Shown: positions 12,501-26,382, counted from the first letter of the stretch. The stretch: DNA of 47,095 bases from Octopus bimaculoides (GCF_001194135.2 NC_069006.1:49390-96484), one strand, 5' to 3'. The notes: generated by a model from the letters alone, not told the origin. A program made the numbers and translations.

Positions 12501-15500
12501 CTCCAGTTCACTCAGCTGTAGAAATGAGCTGTGACGTCACTGGTGGTGCCAAGCTGTATCAGCCCCCTTTGCCTTTCCCTTGGATAACATCAGTGACACG
12601 GAGAGGGGAGATTGGTAGACATGGGTGACTGCTAGTCTTCCACAAATAACCTTACACGGGACTTGTGCCTCAGAGGGAAACTTTCTAAGTGTAAGATGAT
12701 TAAATTGACCCCACTGCTCAACTGGCATTTATTTTATCAACCCCAAAACGATGAAAAGCAAAGTCAACTTCAGTGGAATTTGAACTCGAAATGCAGAGAC
12801 AGACAAAATGTCATTAAGCATTTTGCCAACTTGCAGCTTTAATAATAATAATAATTCTTTCTACTCTAGGCACAAGGCTTGAAATTTTGCAGGAGGGGGA
12901 TAGTCGATAACATCAACCCCAGTCCACAGCTGGTACTTATTTCATCGACCTTGAAAGGATGAAAGGCAAGGTCGACCTTCACAGAATTTGAACTCAGAAC
13001 GTGAAGACAGGCAAAATACTGCTAAGCATTTTGTCCAGCGTGCTAAGGATTTTGACAGCTTGCTGCTTTAATAATAATAATCCTTTCTTCTTTAGACACA
13101 AAGCCTGACATTTTGGGGGCGAGGGATAGTCAATTACATAGACCCCGAAAGAATGAAAGGCAAAGTTGATCTCGGAGGGATTTGAAGTCAGAAGATAAGG
13201 ACAGACAAAATGCCACTAGGCATTTCACCTGGTGTGCTAACGATTCTGCCAGCTCAGTGCCTTAATCATGAACCTTTCTACTGAAGGCACAAGGCCTGAA
13301 ATTTGCTGGGGAGGGGACTAGTCAATTACATCGACTTAAGTGTATCACTGGTACTTAATTTATTGACCCCAAAAGGATGAAAGTCAAAGTCAACCTCGGG
13401 GGAATTTGAACTCAAAACGTGAAGACAGACGAAATACCGAAAAGTATTTTGCCCGACATGCTAACAATTCTGTCAGCTTACCACCATAATAATAATAATA
13501 ATAATAATGAGGATAATAGATTTACCTGATGTAATGGTGATGGTGTTGGGTGACTCCAACCGCCAAATAATACCAGGCTATCTTTATAAACTACGATAGT
13601 AGCACAGGCTTTTGGTGAGGGGTAAACACCTAGAGACAGCAGAAAAGAGAGGGGAAAATATTACAAAAAAAAACAAAAAACATTGTATAAGTCATAAGTC
13701 AAAAGAGCAAATATTAATACGGTGTAGATTAGTCATCCTCATTACTTTTTATTTTAGTCATTGGACTGCGGCCATGCTGGGGCACCACTTTAAGGAGTTT
13801 GAGCAAACTGGCCCAAGTACCTAAGTGTTTTTAAAGTCTGGTATTTATTCTATTAGTTTATTTTGCTAAACCACTAAGTTACAGAGAATATAAACAAAGC
13901 AACACACACACACACATTAGCTTTCATCTTTTGTTTCAGCCATTAAACGGCAGCCATACTGGAGCATCACCTTCATGAAATTTTAGTCAAAAGAATCAAC
14001 TGCAGCAAACTTTTTTTTTAAAGCTTGGTACTTCTTCCAGTTTCTCTACCAAATTCACTCACAAGGCCTTGGCTGGCCTAAGGCTGTAGTAGAAGACACC
14101 TGCCGAAGGTGCCACGCAGTGGGACTGAACCTGGATCCATAAGGTTGGAAAGGAAATTTCTTACCTCACAGCCAAGCATGCACTTATATATAATTTAATA
14201 TATGCAAGACTTAAAATCTCACAGGATGGATTCCTTTTTTATTGACCCCACCAATAAGAGAAAAATACACACACACATATATGTATGTGTGGAGGTGCAA
14301 TGGCCCAGTGGTTAGGGTAGCGGACTCGCGGTCATAGGATCGCGGTTTCAATTCCCAGACTGGGCATTGTGAGTGTTTATTGAGCAAAAACGCCTAAAGT
14401 TCCAAGAGGCTCCAGCAGGGGATGGTGGCAAACCCTGCTGTACTCTTCCACCACAACTTTCTCTCACTCTTTCTTCTTGTTTCTGTTGTACCTGTATTTC
14501 AAAGGGGCCAGCCTCGTCACTGAATCTCCCCGAGAACTACATTAAGGGTACAGGTGTCTGTGGAGTACTCAGCCACTTGCACGTTAGTTTCACAAGCAGG
14601 CTGTTCCATTGATCGGATCAACTGGAACCCTCGACGTCGTAAGCGATGGAGTGCCAACAACATGTATGTATGTATTGGATTGGTGCATAATTATTGTGGC
14701 TTTTTTTCAACAAATTTTATTCAACAAAAACAATAACAACATGTAACAAAAACATCTCTAAATCTTTAAATGATTATTCCGGAGCATATTCACCATCTCC
14801 TTCAATTACTGCTTCTCATTCGCTTGGCAGACAGTCAGACCGTCATTTAAAGATGTTTTTGTTAAATATTGTTACTGTTGGATAAAATTTGTTGAAAAAA
14901 AAGCCGCAATAATTATGTAACAACCCAATATATCATCATCATGATTTCACATTCAGTGTCCATGCTGGTATGGGTTGGACGGTGTAACCAGAGCTGACAA
15001 GCCAAGGGGCTGCACCAGACTCCAGCCTTATTTGGCATGGTTTCTACAGCTGGATGCCTTTCCTAACATGCCAACCACTTTACAGAGTGAGTTGGGTGCT
15101 TTTTACATGGCACCATATGAGTGCCTTTATGTGGCACTGCACGGGTGCTTTTAAGTGGTGCTGCTAATATCCGTGCAGTGCCACACACACAATGGGCTTC
15201 CACACAGTTTCTGCCTACCAAATTCACTCGCATATATAACAGAAGACACTTGTCCAAGGTGCCACACAGTAGAAATGAACCCAGAACCATATAATTGCAG
15301 AATTAGCTTCTTAACCATACAACCAAGCCTGCACCATCATCAATATATGAGATAATCATATTAATTAATAATATTGATATATAATTAAGGTAACGAGCTG
15401 GCAGAATCATTAGCATGCCGGGTAAAATGCTTAGTGGTATTTTGTCCCTCTTTACATTCAGAGTTTAAACTCCGCTGAGGTTGATTTTGCTTTCACCCTT

Positions 15501-17205
15501 TCGGGGTCAATAAAATAAGTACCAGTGGAGTACTGGGGTTGGTGTAATCAACTTGCACTCTCCCACACAATTGCTGGCTTTGTGCTAAAATTTGAAACCA
15601 ATACTGATTTCAAAAATTTCAGGCCACACATTTTAGGCAAGTAGAATGAGGGAGAAATGGTTATTAATCAATTAAATCCACCCCAGTACTTCACTGACTT
15701 ATATTAGTACTTTAGGTTAACGAACTGCTGTGACATAACAAGAATGTGCCACCCGGGGCGGCCCTTAATCTTTAAGCATTTGAACCAGCCATACTCAGCA
15801 AAAATATTCAATTTGTTTTAGGTTGAGACTGGCCGGGTCCTGCTACTCACACTCCCCTACAATGTCATTCTTTTCTACTCTAGGCACAAGGTCCGAAATT
15901 TTTGGTGAGGATGGGGGGGGGGCAGTCGATTACATCGACCTCAGTACGCAACTGGTACCCAATTTATCAACTCCGAAAGGATGAAAGGCAAAGTCAACCT
16001 CGCCAGAATTTGAACTCAGAACATAACAGCAGATGAAATACCAATAAGCATTTCGCCCGGTTGCTCACCGCCTTCCCTACAATGTCATTCTAAAAATAAA
16101 GGGTCATAGGTGTGGCTGGGTGGTAAGAAGCTTGCTTCCCAACCACATGGTTCTGAGTTCAGTCCCACACATGGCTTCTATTATAGCCTCAGGCCAACCA
16201 AAGCCTTGTCAGTGGTAGTGGTAGACAGAAACTGAAAGAATCCCATCATATATCATCATCATCAACATTTAACATCCGTGTTCCAGGCTAGCATGGGTGG
16301 GACGGTACCACAAGAGCCGGCCAGGCTGAAGCCTGCACCAGACTTCTGTGACTGTTTCAGCAGGATTTTTCAGCTGGATACCCTTCTGAACATCAAGTAT
16401 ATATATATATATTTATATATANNNNNNNNNNNNNNNNNNNNNNNNNNNNNNNNNNNNNNNNNNNNNNNNNNNNNNNNNNNNNNNNNNNNNNNNNNNNNNN
16501 NNNNNNNNNNNNNNNNNNNNNNNNNNNNNNNNNNNNNNNNNNNNNNNNNNNNNNNNNNNNNNNNNNNNNNNNNNNNNNNNNNNNNNNNNNNNNNNNNNNN
16601 NNNNNNNNNNNNNNNNNNNNNNNNNNNNNNNNNNNNNNNNNNNNNNNNNNNNNNNNNNNNNNNNNNNNNNNNNNNNNNNNNNNNNNNNNNNNNNNNNNNN
16701 NNNNNNNNNNNNNNNNNNNNNNNNATATTAAATAAGAATTAGATTTGATAGAATAATCTGAACACTAAATGGTTTAGGTTAGGTGCAAGGCCCTCACACG
16801 CCAAAACAAGTTTATACAGCAGACCCAAAGCCACGCCTGGGGGTGGAACGCCCCCCACCACCACCACCACCACGACCCCCTAGTTACACTACAAACGACC
16901 TGGCAGAGATATTAAAGTGTCGGGACAAAATTTCTTGCAGTACTAAACACGTTTGGCATCGAGATTATTCTGTCAGACAATGCTTATTTTTTGTTCTTTT
17001 ACTTGTTTCAGTCGTTTGACTGCAGCCATGCTGGAGCACCGCCTTTAGTTGAGCAAATCAACCCCAGGACATATTCTTTGTAAGCCTAGTACTTATTTTA
17101 CCAGTCTCTTTTGCCAAATCACTAAGTTACGAGGATGTAAACACACCAGCATCGGTTATCAAGCGATGGTGGGGGGGACAAACACAGACACACAAACATA
17201 TATAC

Positions 17206-17241
<36 letters not shown>

Positions 17242-18721
17242 GACGGGCTTCTCTCAGTTTCTGTCTATCAAACCCACTCACAAAGCTTTGGTCAGCCCGA
17301 GGCTATAGTAGAAGACACTTGCCCAAGGTGCCATGCAGTGGGACTGAACCCAGAACCATGTGGCTGGTAAGCAAGCTGCTTATTTATTCACATTGTTTTG
17401 AAATTAATCATGCATTATCTCATGGCTCCACACTTTCAATGGTGGGTTTCTATATTTTTAGAATGACATTGTAAGGTAGGTGTGAGAGGTTGGATCTGAT
17501 CAGTTTTAACATAAAACAGGTAGAATATTTGGGCTGGATATGGAGGGAATTAAAGTGATGATGAAGAGGAGCAAACAGAGAGGCAATCCATTTCATAAGA
17601 ATTATTGTAAGAAAAGGATTGATGAAGAAGCCAAGAAAGCACAAAAAGAAAATATAAAAAGAGGGAAAGAGAAATCAATTCTTACCCATGGCCAGGGGTC
17701 GCACCCACTGTCGGCTGGCTAAATCAAAACCCCATAGATCATTAAAGGTGGTGTTGGTCGAAGTGCAACCCCCAAAAACGTACAATGACTTGTCATAGTA
17801 GCAGGCACAATGAGAATAGCGATCTGTGATTGTGGGGCCATCCCCTGGTAACAATTTCGTCCACAACACTTCGGTACTTGCTATAGCATCGTGGAAGTTC
17901 TGTTCACGCTGATAGATGACACCTGCAACAAAAGACAAGAAAAAAATCAGTGATTCAGACAAAAATAAATAGGTACAGGGATGGTTGTGTGGTAAGACAA
18001 CATAGTTCTTGGTGAGATTTAGCATGAGACAAAACGTGACAAGGCTGTTCCCTTTTGAATTACAAGTACTACTACAACTCATTTTTGCCAGCTAACCACT
18101 AAAGCCACATGCCTTCTGACCCTCTGTCCCTACTTTAATCTCTCGTCACCTGGTATAAAGCCACCGACAAATAAAGTGTCTTGCTCAAGGACACGCCGCC
18201 GGCAATCGAACTCGCAACCCTACGAACATGAGCCGAATACACTAACCACTAGGCCACGCGCCTTTTCGCACACACAAACACACCACATGCACACATACAC
18301 TATGTGAAACAAGGAAGGTTTATACATTAGCAAAAGCAGTCCGACATATTCTCTGGAAGTCGGTTTGGTCACAAACTGATCATAGTCATCTATGATCAGG
18401 TTTGACCGGTAGCGTGAGTAGAGGCGAAGCGAGGAAAGGGGCAAGGGCCAGTCCTGATCGTCTGTTTTGGGGTCTGCCGAGTCGTGGTAGAGAACAGAAA
18501 CTCAAGGACTGCCGTCGTCCCCATTGGGGACGAGCAGGGCAATTAAACAGTATTATCAACACCATAACACACACACACACACACACAATGTAGACATAAA
18601 ATGCGAAAATGAAACTACATGGAGTGACTTTAATGCCTCTTCATTGTACCCCTAAGAAGGGGGTACAATGAAAATTCGACTTCAGTTTCGAAACCGTACA
18701 AAGGTTATTGCTCGGTAGATG

Positions 18722-18757
<36 letters not shown>

Positions 18758-18767
18758 NNNNNNNNNN

Positions 18768-18806
<39 letters not shown>

Positions 18807-19178
18807 ATGTAGAAACATACACACACACATATATATATTTGGATTTAGTTTTGTTTTTCATTCGCAAAATATGCATTTTGTAAAAGACAGTAAAAACTCT
18901 GAAAATCGGCAAAAATAATAATAAAACAGATGGGAGTGTGTGTGTTTGTGTGTATGTATATGTATGTGTTTGTGTGTATTTATATGTATGTGTGTTTGTG
19001 TGTATTTATATGTATGTGTGTTTGTGTAGATATATATATGTTGTATATGTCTATGTATATATACTTATATATATCAATGTACACATATATTGTGTATGTA
19101 TATAGACACACGCATATAAACGTTTGTGTGTGTGTATATACACACACGTACGTAAAAAGAAACGGTAGTATAAATAGC

Positions 19179-19214
<36 letters not shown>

Positions 19215-19530
19215 AAGGCACATAAACATGTATATGTGTTGAGTAGATAATAGTCTTACCGAAGGCAAGACGGTACCATTGTCTGGAGACCAACTTGGCA
19301 GATTGTAAATCGCGGTAGGGAGACAAATAGAAGAAAATATACTCAATTAATTCTTCTGGGAGGTGAGAGATAGAAACTGGTTCCTTTTGACCATCACAAC
19401 AATCCTCATCCTTGCTGCTATCGCCATTTATTGTCTCTGCTCTTCCTCCTTCCTCCTCGTCGTCCGGTTTCTTGCAATTCTCGATGTGGTGGCCATCATC
19501 TTCGTCTTCCATCACAGCTGGTGCTGACAT
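3664..19530 (-). CDS. FBXO42: F-box only protein 42 (F-box + Kelch repeats), spliced gene, 728 aa
   Basis: complement(join(3664..4803,6081..6200,8301..8357,10224..10320,11002..11162,13526..13629,17686..17922,19260..19530)) = 2187 nt, one open frame; all introns GT-AG with matching phases. N-terminal F-box ([30 protein letters not shown]), Kelch repeats ([30 protein letters not shown]) and family motifs LWCHPAC and [10 protein letters not shown] recognised from human FBXO42. Confidence 0.95.
6081..6200 (-). CDS. FBXO42: FBXO42 coding exon 7
   Basis: acceptor tttgtag|ATC; [40 protein letters not shown]; donor AAG|gtaggt. Confidence 0.95.
7198..7805 (-). mobile_element. Non-LTR retrotransposon 3' remnant (L1/Tx1-like ORF2 C-terminus plus AATAAA and ATT tail)
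   Basis: Minus-strand translation [17 protein letters not shown]...[10 protein letters not shown]...[14 protein letters not shown] resembles the region after the LINE CCHC knuckle; ends AATAAACGAATTATTA. Clade assignment is tentative. Confidence 0.55.
8301..8357 (-). CDS. FBXO42: FBXO42 coding exon 6
   Basis: acceptor tttcag|ATT; [19 protein letters not shown]; donor CAG|gtactt. Confidence 0.93.
9318..9580. repeat. Compound (CA)n(TA)n microsatellite (similar tracts at 18720-18830, 24765-24880, 29480-30010, 36150-36370, 38395-38440)
   Basis: Direct inspection; source of the spurious HT/YI/CV ORFs. Confidence 0.95.
10224..10320 (-). CDS. FBXO42: FBXO42 coding exon 5
   Basis: acceptor ctgcag|G; [32 protein letters not shown]; donor CAG|gtaaat. 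Confidence 0.95.
11002..11162 (-). CDS. FBXO42: FBXO42 coding exon 4
   Basis: acceptor ctccag|GCA; [53 protein letters not shown]; donor GG|gtatgt, phase 2. Confidence 0.93.
11811..12030 (+). mobile_element. SINE family B, representative copy (many more at about 6335-7195, 7815-8030, 12725-13490, 15385-15600, 15870-16070, 21790-21945, 37330-37610, 41335-41730)
   Basis: Recurrent core GAGCTGGCAGAA...TGAGTTCAAATTCC...GGTCGACTTTGCCTTTCATCCTTT...CCTTGTGCC with a B-box-like GTTCAAAT, flanked by (TAA/ATT)n. Confidence 0.8.
13526..13629 (-). CDS. FBXO42: FBXO42 coding exon 3 (absent from ORF track)
   Basis: acceptor tctctag|GT; [34 protein letters not shown]; donor CAG|gtaaat. Confidence 0.95.
14291..14661 (+). 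mobile_element. tRNA-derived SINE family C, near full length
   Basis: A-box TGGCCCAGTGG and B-box GGTTTCAATTCCC; 3' module GTACTCAGCCACTTGCACGTT...GGCTGTTCCATTGATCGGATCAAC shared with minus-strand copies near 9830-9990, 21530-21640 and 44990-45070. Confidence 0.8.
16995..17384 (-). mobile_element. SINE family A copy (further partial copies near 630-850, 3170-3455, 23925-24120, 31660-32010, 32160-32390, 36623-36930)
   Basis: Reverse complement colinear with 43647-44031. Confidence 0.85.
17686..17922 (-). CDS. FBXO42: FBXO42 coding exon 2
   Basis: acceptor ttgcag|GT; VIYQREQ...[46 protein letters not shown]; donor G|gtaag. Confidence 0.95.
18115..18263 (-). mobile_element. tRNA-headed SINE remnant (family D)
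   Basis: Minus strand GGCGCGTGGCCTAGTGGTTAG...GAGTTCGATTGCC (A and B boxes), followed by CCTTGAGCAAGACACTTTATT. Confidence 0.65.
19260..19530 (-). CDS. FBXO42: FBXO42 coding exon 1 (start codon, F-box)
   Basis: [11 protein letters not shown]...WYRLAF G; donor G|gtaaga, phase 1. Confidence 0.92.
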
Positions 19531-20630
19531 CAGGACGGGTGTTAGTTTGTTTTTAAGCAGATCTTAGGATATTATACACACTATAATCCACCGATATGTA
19601 TGCCTGGTGTTGTTTTTGTTTTTAACTCTTCATGATTAAGTATTAAGTCCTCCCTCTTTCAGATTCTCACATGCAACACAAACACACGGCCATTCCACTG
19701 CTACTACAACTGCTATGTTAGTATTACCTTACTACTACTACTACTACTACGTTACTATTATGTCACTACTAATTTGCTGATAGAACAGCTGCTGCTACTT
19801 CCTTGTTATTTTCACTCTCACTACTACCACTCTGTTGTTTCTACTCTTACCGCTACCACGCTGTTGCTTCTACTCTATTGACAGTACAGAAGCTGCTGCT
19901 GCTGTTTCTGCTACTTCCTTATTGTTACTACTCTTACTGTCACTGCTACTTCCTTATTGCTTCTACTGTGACTAATACTCCATTCCCATTACAGCTGTTT
20001 CTGCTAAATCGTTGTTGTTATCGAATTTTGAATAACAATGAAAAGAGGAAAGTAGCAAGTGGTCATGACTTGTGCTAAAAATAGCTGCTAGGTCACCCTT
20101 AAATCACACAAAAATCTTTAATTTTTCATAATCGTATGAATATCTGTGTGTAGAACACGAATTCACAAAACTTTTCTGAAAATTCCAAAACGCAAAAAAA
20201 GTTACGTGGGGTTATATGGGGTGTTTATACCAGAATTCCACATTATTTATTACTCTACGGCTTCCCTTCTAGAGGGATATATTAATCAAATAGTCTGATG
20301 GTAACAACGGTGGTATAGACACCTGATAGTAAGCTCTCGTTATCACGAGACTTCCATTCAAATTACACTATCCTATCAAAAAAAAAACCCACAAAAACAA
20401 AAACCTACGTAACTTGTTGCTTTATTATTCTTGCAGAACTATTTTCCTTTTTGTTCTATATTGCTTCATATTTACTAATAAAAATATATTTCTCACAGTC
20501 GAGATAACAAATGTGTATTGAATTGAAATTTTAAGGGCCAATAACTCCGTGGAGTTATGTCGAAGGGAAGTAATTCTGTATGATTATTAAACTGACGAAC
20601 GAGGGGTTGGGGGTGCTATCGACATACTAT

Positions 20631-21037
20631 CTCTTTTACTCTTTTACTTGTTTCAGTCATTTGACTGCGGCCATGCTGGTGCACCGCCTTTAGTCGAGCA
20701 AATCGACCCCAAGACTTATTCTTTGTAAGCCTAGTACTTATTCTGTCGGTCTCTTTTTGCCGAACCTCTAGGCTACGGGGACGTAAACACACCAGCATCG
20801 GTTGTCAAGCGATGGTGGGGGGGACAAACACAGACACACAAACACACATATATATATATACATATACATATATACGACGGGCTTCTTTCAGTTTCCGTCT
20901 ACCAAATCCACTCACAAGGCTTTGGTCAGCCCGAGGCTATAGTAGAAAACACTTGCCCAAGGTGCCACGCAGTGAGACTGAACCCTGGACCATGTGGTTG
21001 GTAAGCAAGCTACTTACCACATAGCCACTCTTGCGCC
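20631..21037 (-). mobile_element. SINE family A copy
   Basis: Reverse complement colinear with 43647-44031. Confidence 0.85.
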
Positions 21038-21196
21038 TCTACAAAAGTTTGCTTCCACTGTCGATTTTGTTTCTTCTTAACTTTCAGAAAAATTTATAAT
21101 TTTTCAAGAAATTTTTTATAAATACATTTCATATAGTATAGACTAAGATTATATCGGAGCTTCATGTGAAGATAATAATATAAATGTAAATAGTCA

Positions 21197-21384
21197 TACG
21201 AGGGGCAGCGGAAAAGTTCCTGGTTTTAAAGATTGGAGGCTCAATCTACTAAGTTCTTTTACTTACAAAAACTGAAGGCCCGCTGCAATAAGGGTGTGAA
21301 TTTAAGACGGGAATATGTTGAATAAAATCATAATCCTATACCTTCTTTTAGCCAATGCCAGGAACTTTTCAGCACCTCCTCGTA
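21197..21384 (+). mobile_element. Mariner-derived MITE with TA target duplication (second, truncated copy about 22917-23090)
   Basis: TIRs TACGAGGGGCAGCGGAAAAGTTCCTGG / CCAGGAACTTTTCAGCACCTCCTCGTA; interior translates QKLKARCNKGVNLRREYVE-stop, like a mariner transposase C-terminus. Confidence 0.85.
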
Positions 21385-24127
21385 TATACTGATATACACC
21401 AGAATTTTTTTCTTTTTTATTTCATTTTGTAGATAAAGATATATGTGTCAGTAAGCAAGTGTGCTTGACCACCATTTTTTTTTTTTTTCATATTAAATGC
21501 CAATGTAGTCGGAACGTAAACCATACAGGCACCCCATTGGTTACAATGACCAGTGTCCAAGTTGATCCGATCAACGAAACAGCCTGTGCAAGTGGTTGAG
21601 CACTGCACAGTCATGTGTACCCTTAACATAGGAGATTCAGCATTACTCAGAATTTTTAATTACAGGTACTACTCATTTTTGCAATTTGAGTGAACCAAAG
21701 CAACGTGAAATAAAGTGTCTTGCTCAAGGACACAATGTGCCACCGGGTATCATGAGCTGGCTATCCTAACCATTTAGCCACGCGTCAAGGGCCGAAATTT
21801 TGGGGGAAGGGACCAGTCAATTTATCAACCTGAAAAAAATGAAAGGCAAAGTCAACCTTGGCGGAATTTGAACTCAGAACGTAAAGACAGACGAAATACC
21901 TCTGAGCATTTCGCCCGGTGTATTAACGTTTCTGCCAAGCTCACCACCCAAGAAATATGGAGAAATATAGGCACAGGTGAGATTGGGTGATAAGAAACTA
22001 GCTTCCCAACCACATGGCCCCTCGGACTAACCAAAAAACCTTATACACATTTTATACATTTGCTTGTACATGTATGTGTGTGTTAGTCCCTTATCATTGC
22101 TTTACAACCAGTGTTGGTTTGTTTACATCCTAGTGACTTAGTGGTTTCTGCAAAAGAGACTGACACAAGTACCAGATTGAAAAATAAATTGTTGGGGTTG
22201 ATTTCTTCAACAAAACCCTTCAAGGTGATATCCCAGCGTGGCCGCAGTCGAATGATATAAATGAATAAACAGTAAAAGATAAAGAGTTGAAAACTTTATA
22301 CACAATTTTATATTTCAGATCCTCTGATCCCTTCCTCAGGTTTGCTAAACTGAAACACAATATTCATCCTACCCTTCCATCAGTCCTTTCCACACAGTAT
22401 TCCTGGCTATGTCTTGCTGGTAGAATCCTCAGGCCCTCCCTCCAAAAGGTCTTATCAGAAGCAATCAGCATTACATTTTCCTGCTGGGTTCCTGTTCTGA
22501 AAGGATTCCAACCACTCCTCAAGGGACTAAAAAGTGGACTGACTCATTGTTATAAAACAAAGAACTATGAGCGATTGGCAGTTTGGGTTGGTGAGCCGTT
22601 CATGTAGAGCAATGAGTCTTGTGTCATAGTAATAGTAGTGCATTGTGTATATACTTTCTTCCCCCCTCCTTTGTTATATTATATATCCAATACAAGGATA
22701 TAAAGTTCCCAAACATAACCAAATGAGACTATGGATATTATCCAACTACCACTTTCTTCGTCTATTGCTATGTCTGCTTCCAGTTCAGCTCGACTTGAAG
22801 AATCTGTCATGCAATTCTTTCCTGTGACATTTTAATTGCATGTCTTTGGTACCAGAGCTTTGACCTCTTAATGTAGCAACTTGACCTGGAGAGACCCCTT
22901 GATCTCTGAGCTAAGCTATGAGTGGGTGCTGAAAAGTTCCTGGCTTTAAGGGTATCATGAAAGACCTGGCTAGAGGCCCAACCTTCCGAGTTCTTTTACA
23001 AAGATTAGAAAATCTGAAGGGCCACTGCAATAGGAGTGTGAATCTGGGAGGCGGGGGATATGTTAAATAAAATCATAACTGATCCTTTTCAGCAGACAAT
23101 CATATTCTCAGATATGAAATAAAGCCAATGACAGTGATGACGATGGCTTTAGTGAAAGGGATTGTGTTGGGGACAAGAGAAAAAGGGCTGAAGACAGACT
23201 CCTTCTTTGGCTGAACCCTCATCAGCTTTTTCAAGTTTCACTTGGAAAAGAAAGTGAAAGTCAATAAAGACTCCCTCTGTGCATTTGAAGCTACATGGGA
23301 GAAAAGATCCCTTACTTGAAAAAGGGAGGTATTAGTTTGCATGAGGAAGGGTTATGCAACATTTCAGAAGAATCCCATTTCAGCCTCTTGTATTCATGAT
23401 TGTGCTCTATCAAATTTACAGTCTTGGACTTAGTTAATTAACAATTTTTCTTTCTATTCACTTTCTGTTAATGAAGGTCAAGGAAGCAACACATCGAGAG
23501 AAGAAGAACTGGACCCAAAATACAATTTGGCACAGCATCGAAAGTACCAGATGCTGCTAAACCAAACCCAGATAAGAGTTGAACCAGTCACTATACAGAA
23601 GCAACCAGGGTTGACCCAGTGAGAGCTGAGCCATTTAGAGGAAACTTTGACCCAACTTATAAAATATTCTATCTATACACCAGTTCATTTCATTCCACCA
23701 GCCCAAATGACCACCACAAACAAATTATTTCTTTCTTTATTTCCTTCCTTACATTCCTCACACACTCTTTGTCGTTTTTTTATGTATATTACACACTTTG
23801 AGCTTTATGGAGACTTTTGGCAATATATTGTGCTTCAGAAAACCTGTCAGGGCAAGTGAGGCCTTAGCCATGGCCTATTCCAGTTCTTCGTAACTGGCAC
23901 CTGTGCCAGTGGCAGGTATTCTGCTATTTGTTTCAGTCATTTGACTGCGGCCATGCTGGAGCACTGCCTTTAGTCGAACACATTGACCCTAGGACTTATT
24001 CTTTTTTAAGCCTAGCACTTATTCTATTGGTGTCTTTGCTGAACCGCTAAGTTATAGGGATGTAAACGCACCAACATAGGTTGTCAGTCAATGGTGAGAG
24101 GACAAACACAGACGCACAAACATATAA

Positions 24128-24172
<45 letters not shown>

Positions 24173-24456
24173 GTGGCAATATGTGTGTGTGTGTGTGTGT
24201 GTTTGTATATATATATATATATATATAAAATTATAATTAGGGGTACCTAAGAGATACCACTATGCTAGATATAGCAGCCAAAACTTGACTCTAAAACCAC
24301 ATTAAATGTTCATACAGCACCACGAGAGAAGACAAAGAGACAAAATAAACTACCAAAAAAAAAAATAACTGGATAATTCCAGATCCCGGATTTCTGGCTC
24401 TGCATAAGAAATGCTTTGCCTTCATCAGCGGAAGACACTCAGAAAAGCACATAAAT

Positions 24457-24487
<31 letters not shown>

Positions 24488-24765
24488 CAACATATGATAT
24501 ATTTACATATGCAAACATATACATGCATATATATGCACGTATGCACACGACCAGTTTAAATTGCCCGCCTATAACTCTTCGTGCGATATGGTCAAGATAC
24601 CAAAATGTGGTTTTAGAGTCAAGTCTTGGCTGTTATATCTAGCATGGTGGTATCTCTTAGATACTCTTCATCATAATTTTAGCAATAATTATACCTATGA
24701 GGTTTCTATTCCCATGCCGGCCACCCGATAAGATCGGTATTTTTAATAACGATCTTATGCTGATT

Positions 24766-25961
<1,196 letters not shown>

Positions 25962-26033
25962 ATGTAGGGATATACTTTTCATAATGAGATAAAAAAACCA
26001 AGGCTGTATATAGTATAGAACATTTATAAATAG

Positions 26034-26081
26034 GTCTTACAGCTGTTTCCAGGATATTTATTATATCCCTTCATCGGAGAC
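26034..26081 (-). ncRNA. Minimal type-I hammerhead ribozyme-like motif (U4C core variant)
   Basis: GUCU-CCGAUGA-AGGGAUAU(AAUAA)AUAUCCUG-GAAA-CAGCUG-UA/AGAC. Confidence 0.6.
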
Positions 26082-26382
26082 TTTATTCCTTTCCTTTTCC
26101 TCTTCTTTATTCCTCTCTTCCTGTTTTCGATTTGACCCTACTAATGCATTCCCTGCTTTTAGGTCACTTTAAACAGAACCTTTGATTCAATAGCACTGTG
26201 TATAAACTCTATACTTGGAATGACCAATTTCAAGGACTATTGGATTTTACTCACAAGGTATTGGAATCTTATATGTATACCATTCTGCCTAAACAATGGA
26301 TTTACAAATACAATATCCCTACATTCCCTCTCTATTTCCTATCATATCTAAATTAATTATTGCTTAACTATCCTCTCACACC

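Noticed and set aside
14291-14365. tRNA-like sequence with A and B boxes
   Set aside because: No complete cloverleaf or acceptor stem evident; continues into a multicopy SINE body.
18402-18593. Arg/Gly-rich short ORFs on both strands in FBXO42 intron 1
   Set aside because: No homology recognised; explained by a GC-rich hairpin island.
23205-23240. CUGAUGA on the minus strand followed by a short hairpin
   Set aside because: No GAAA or helix III in register.
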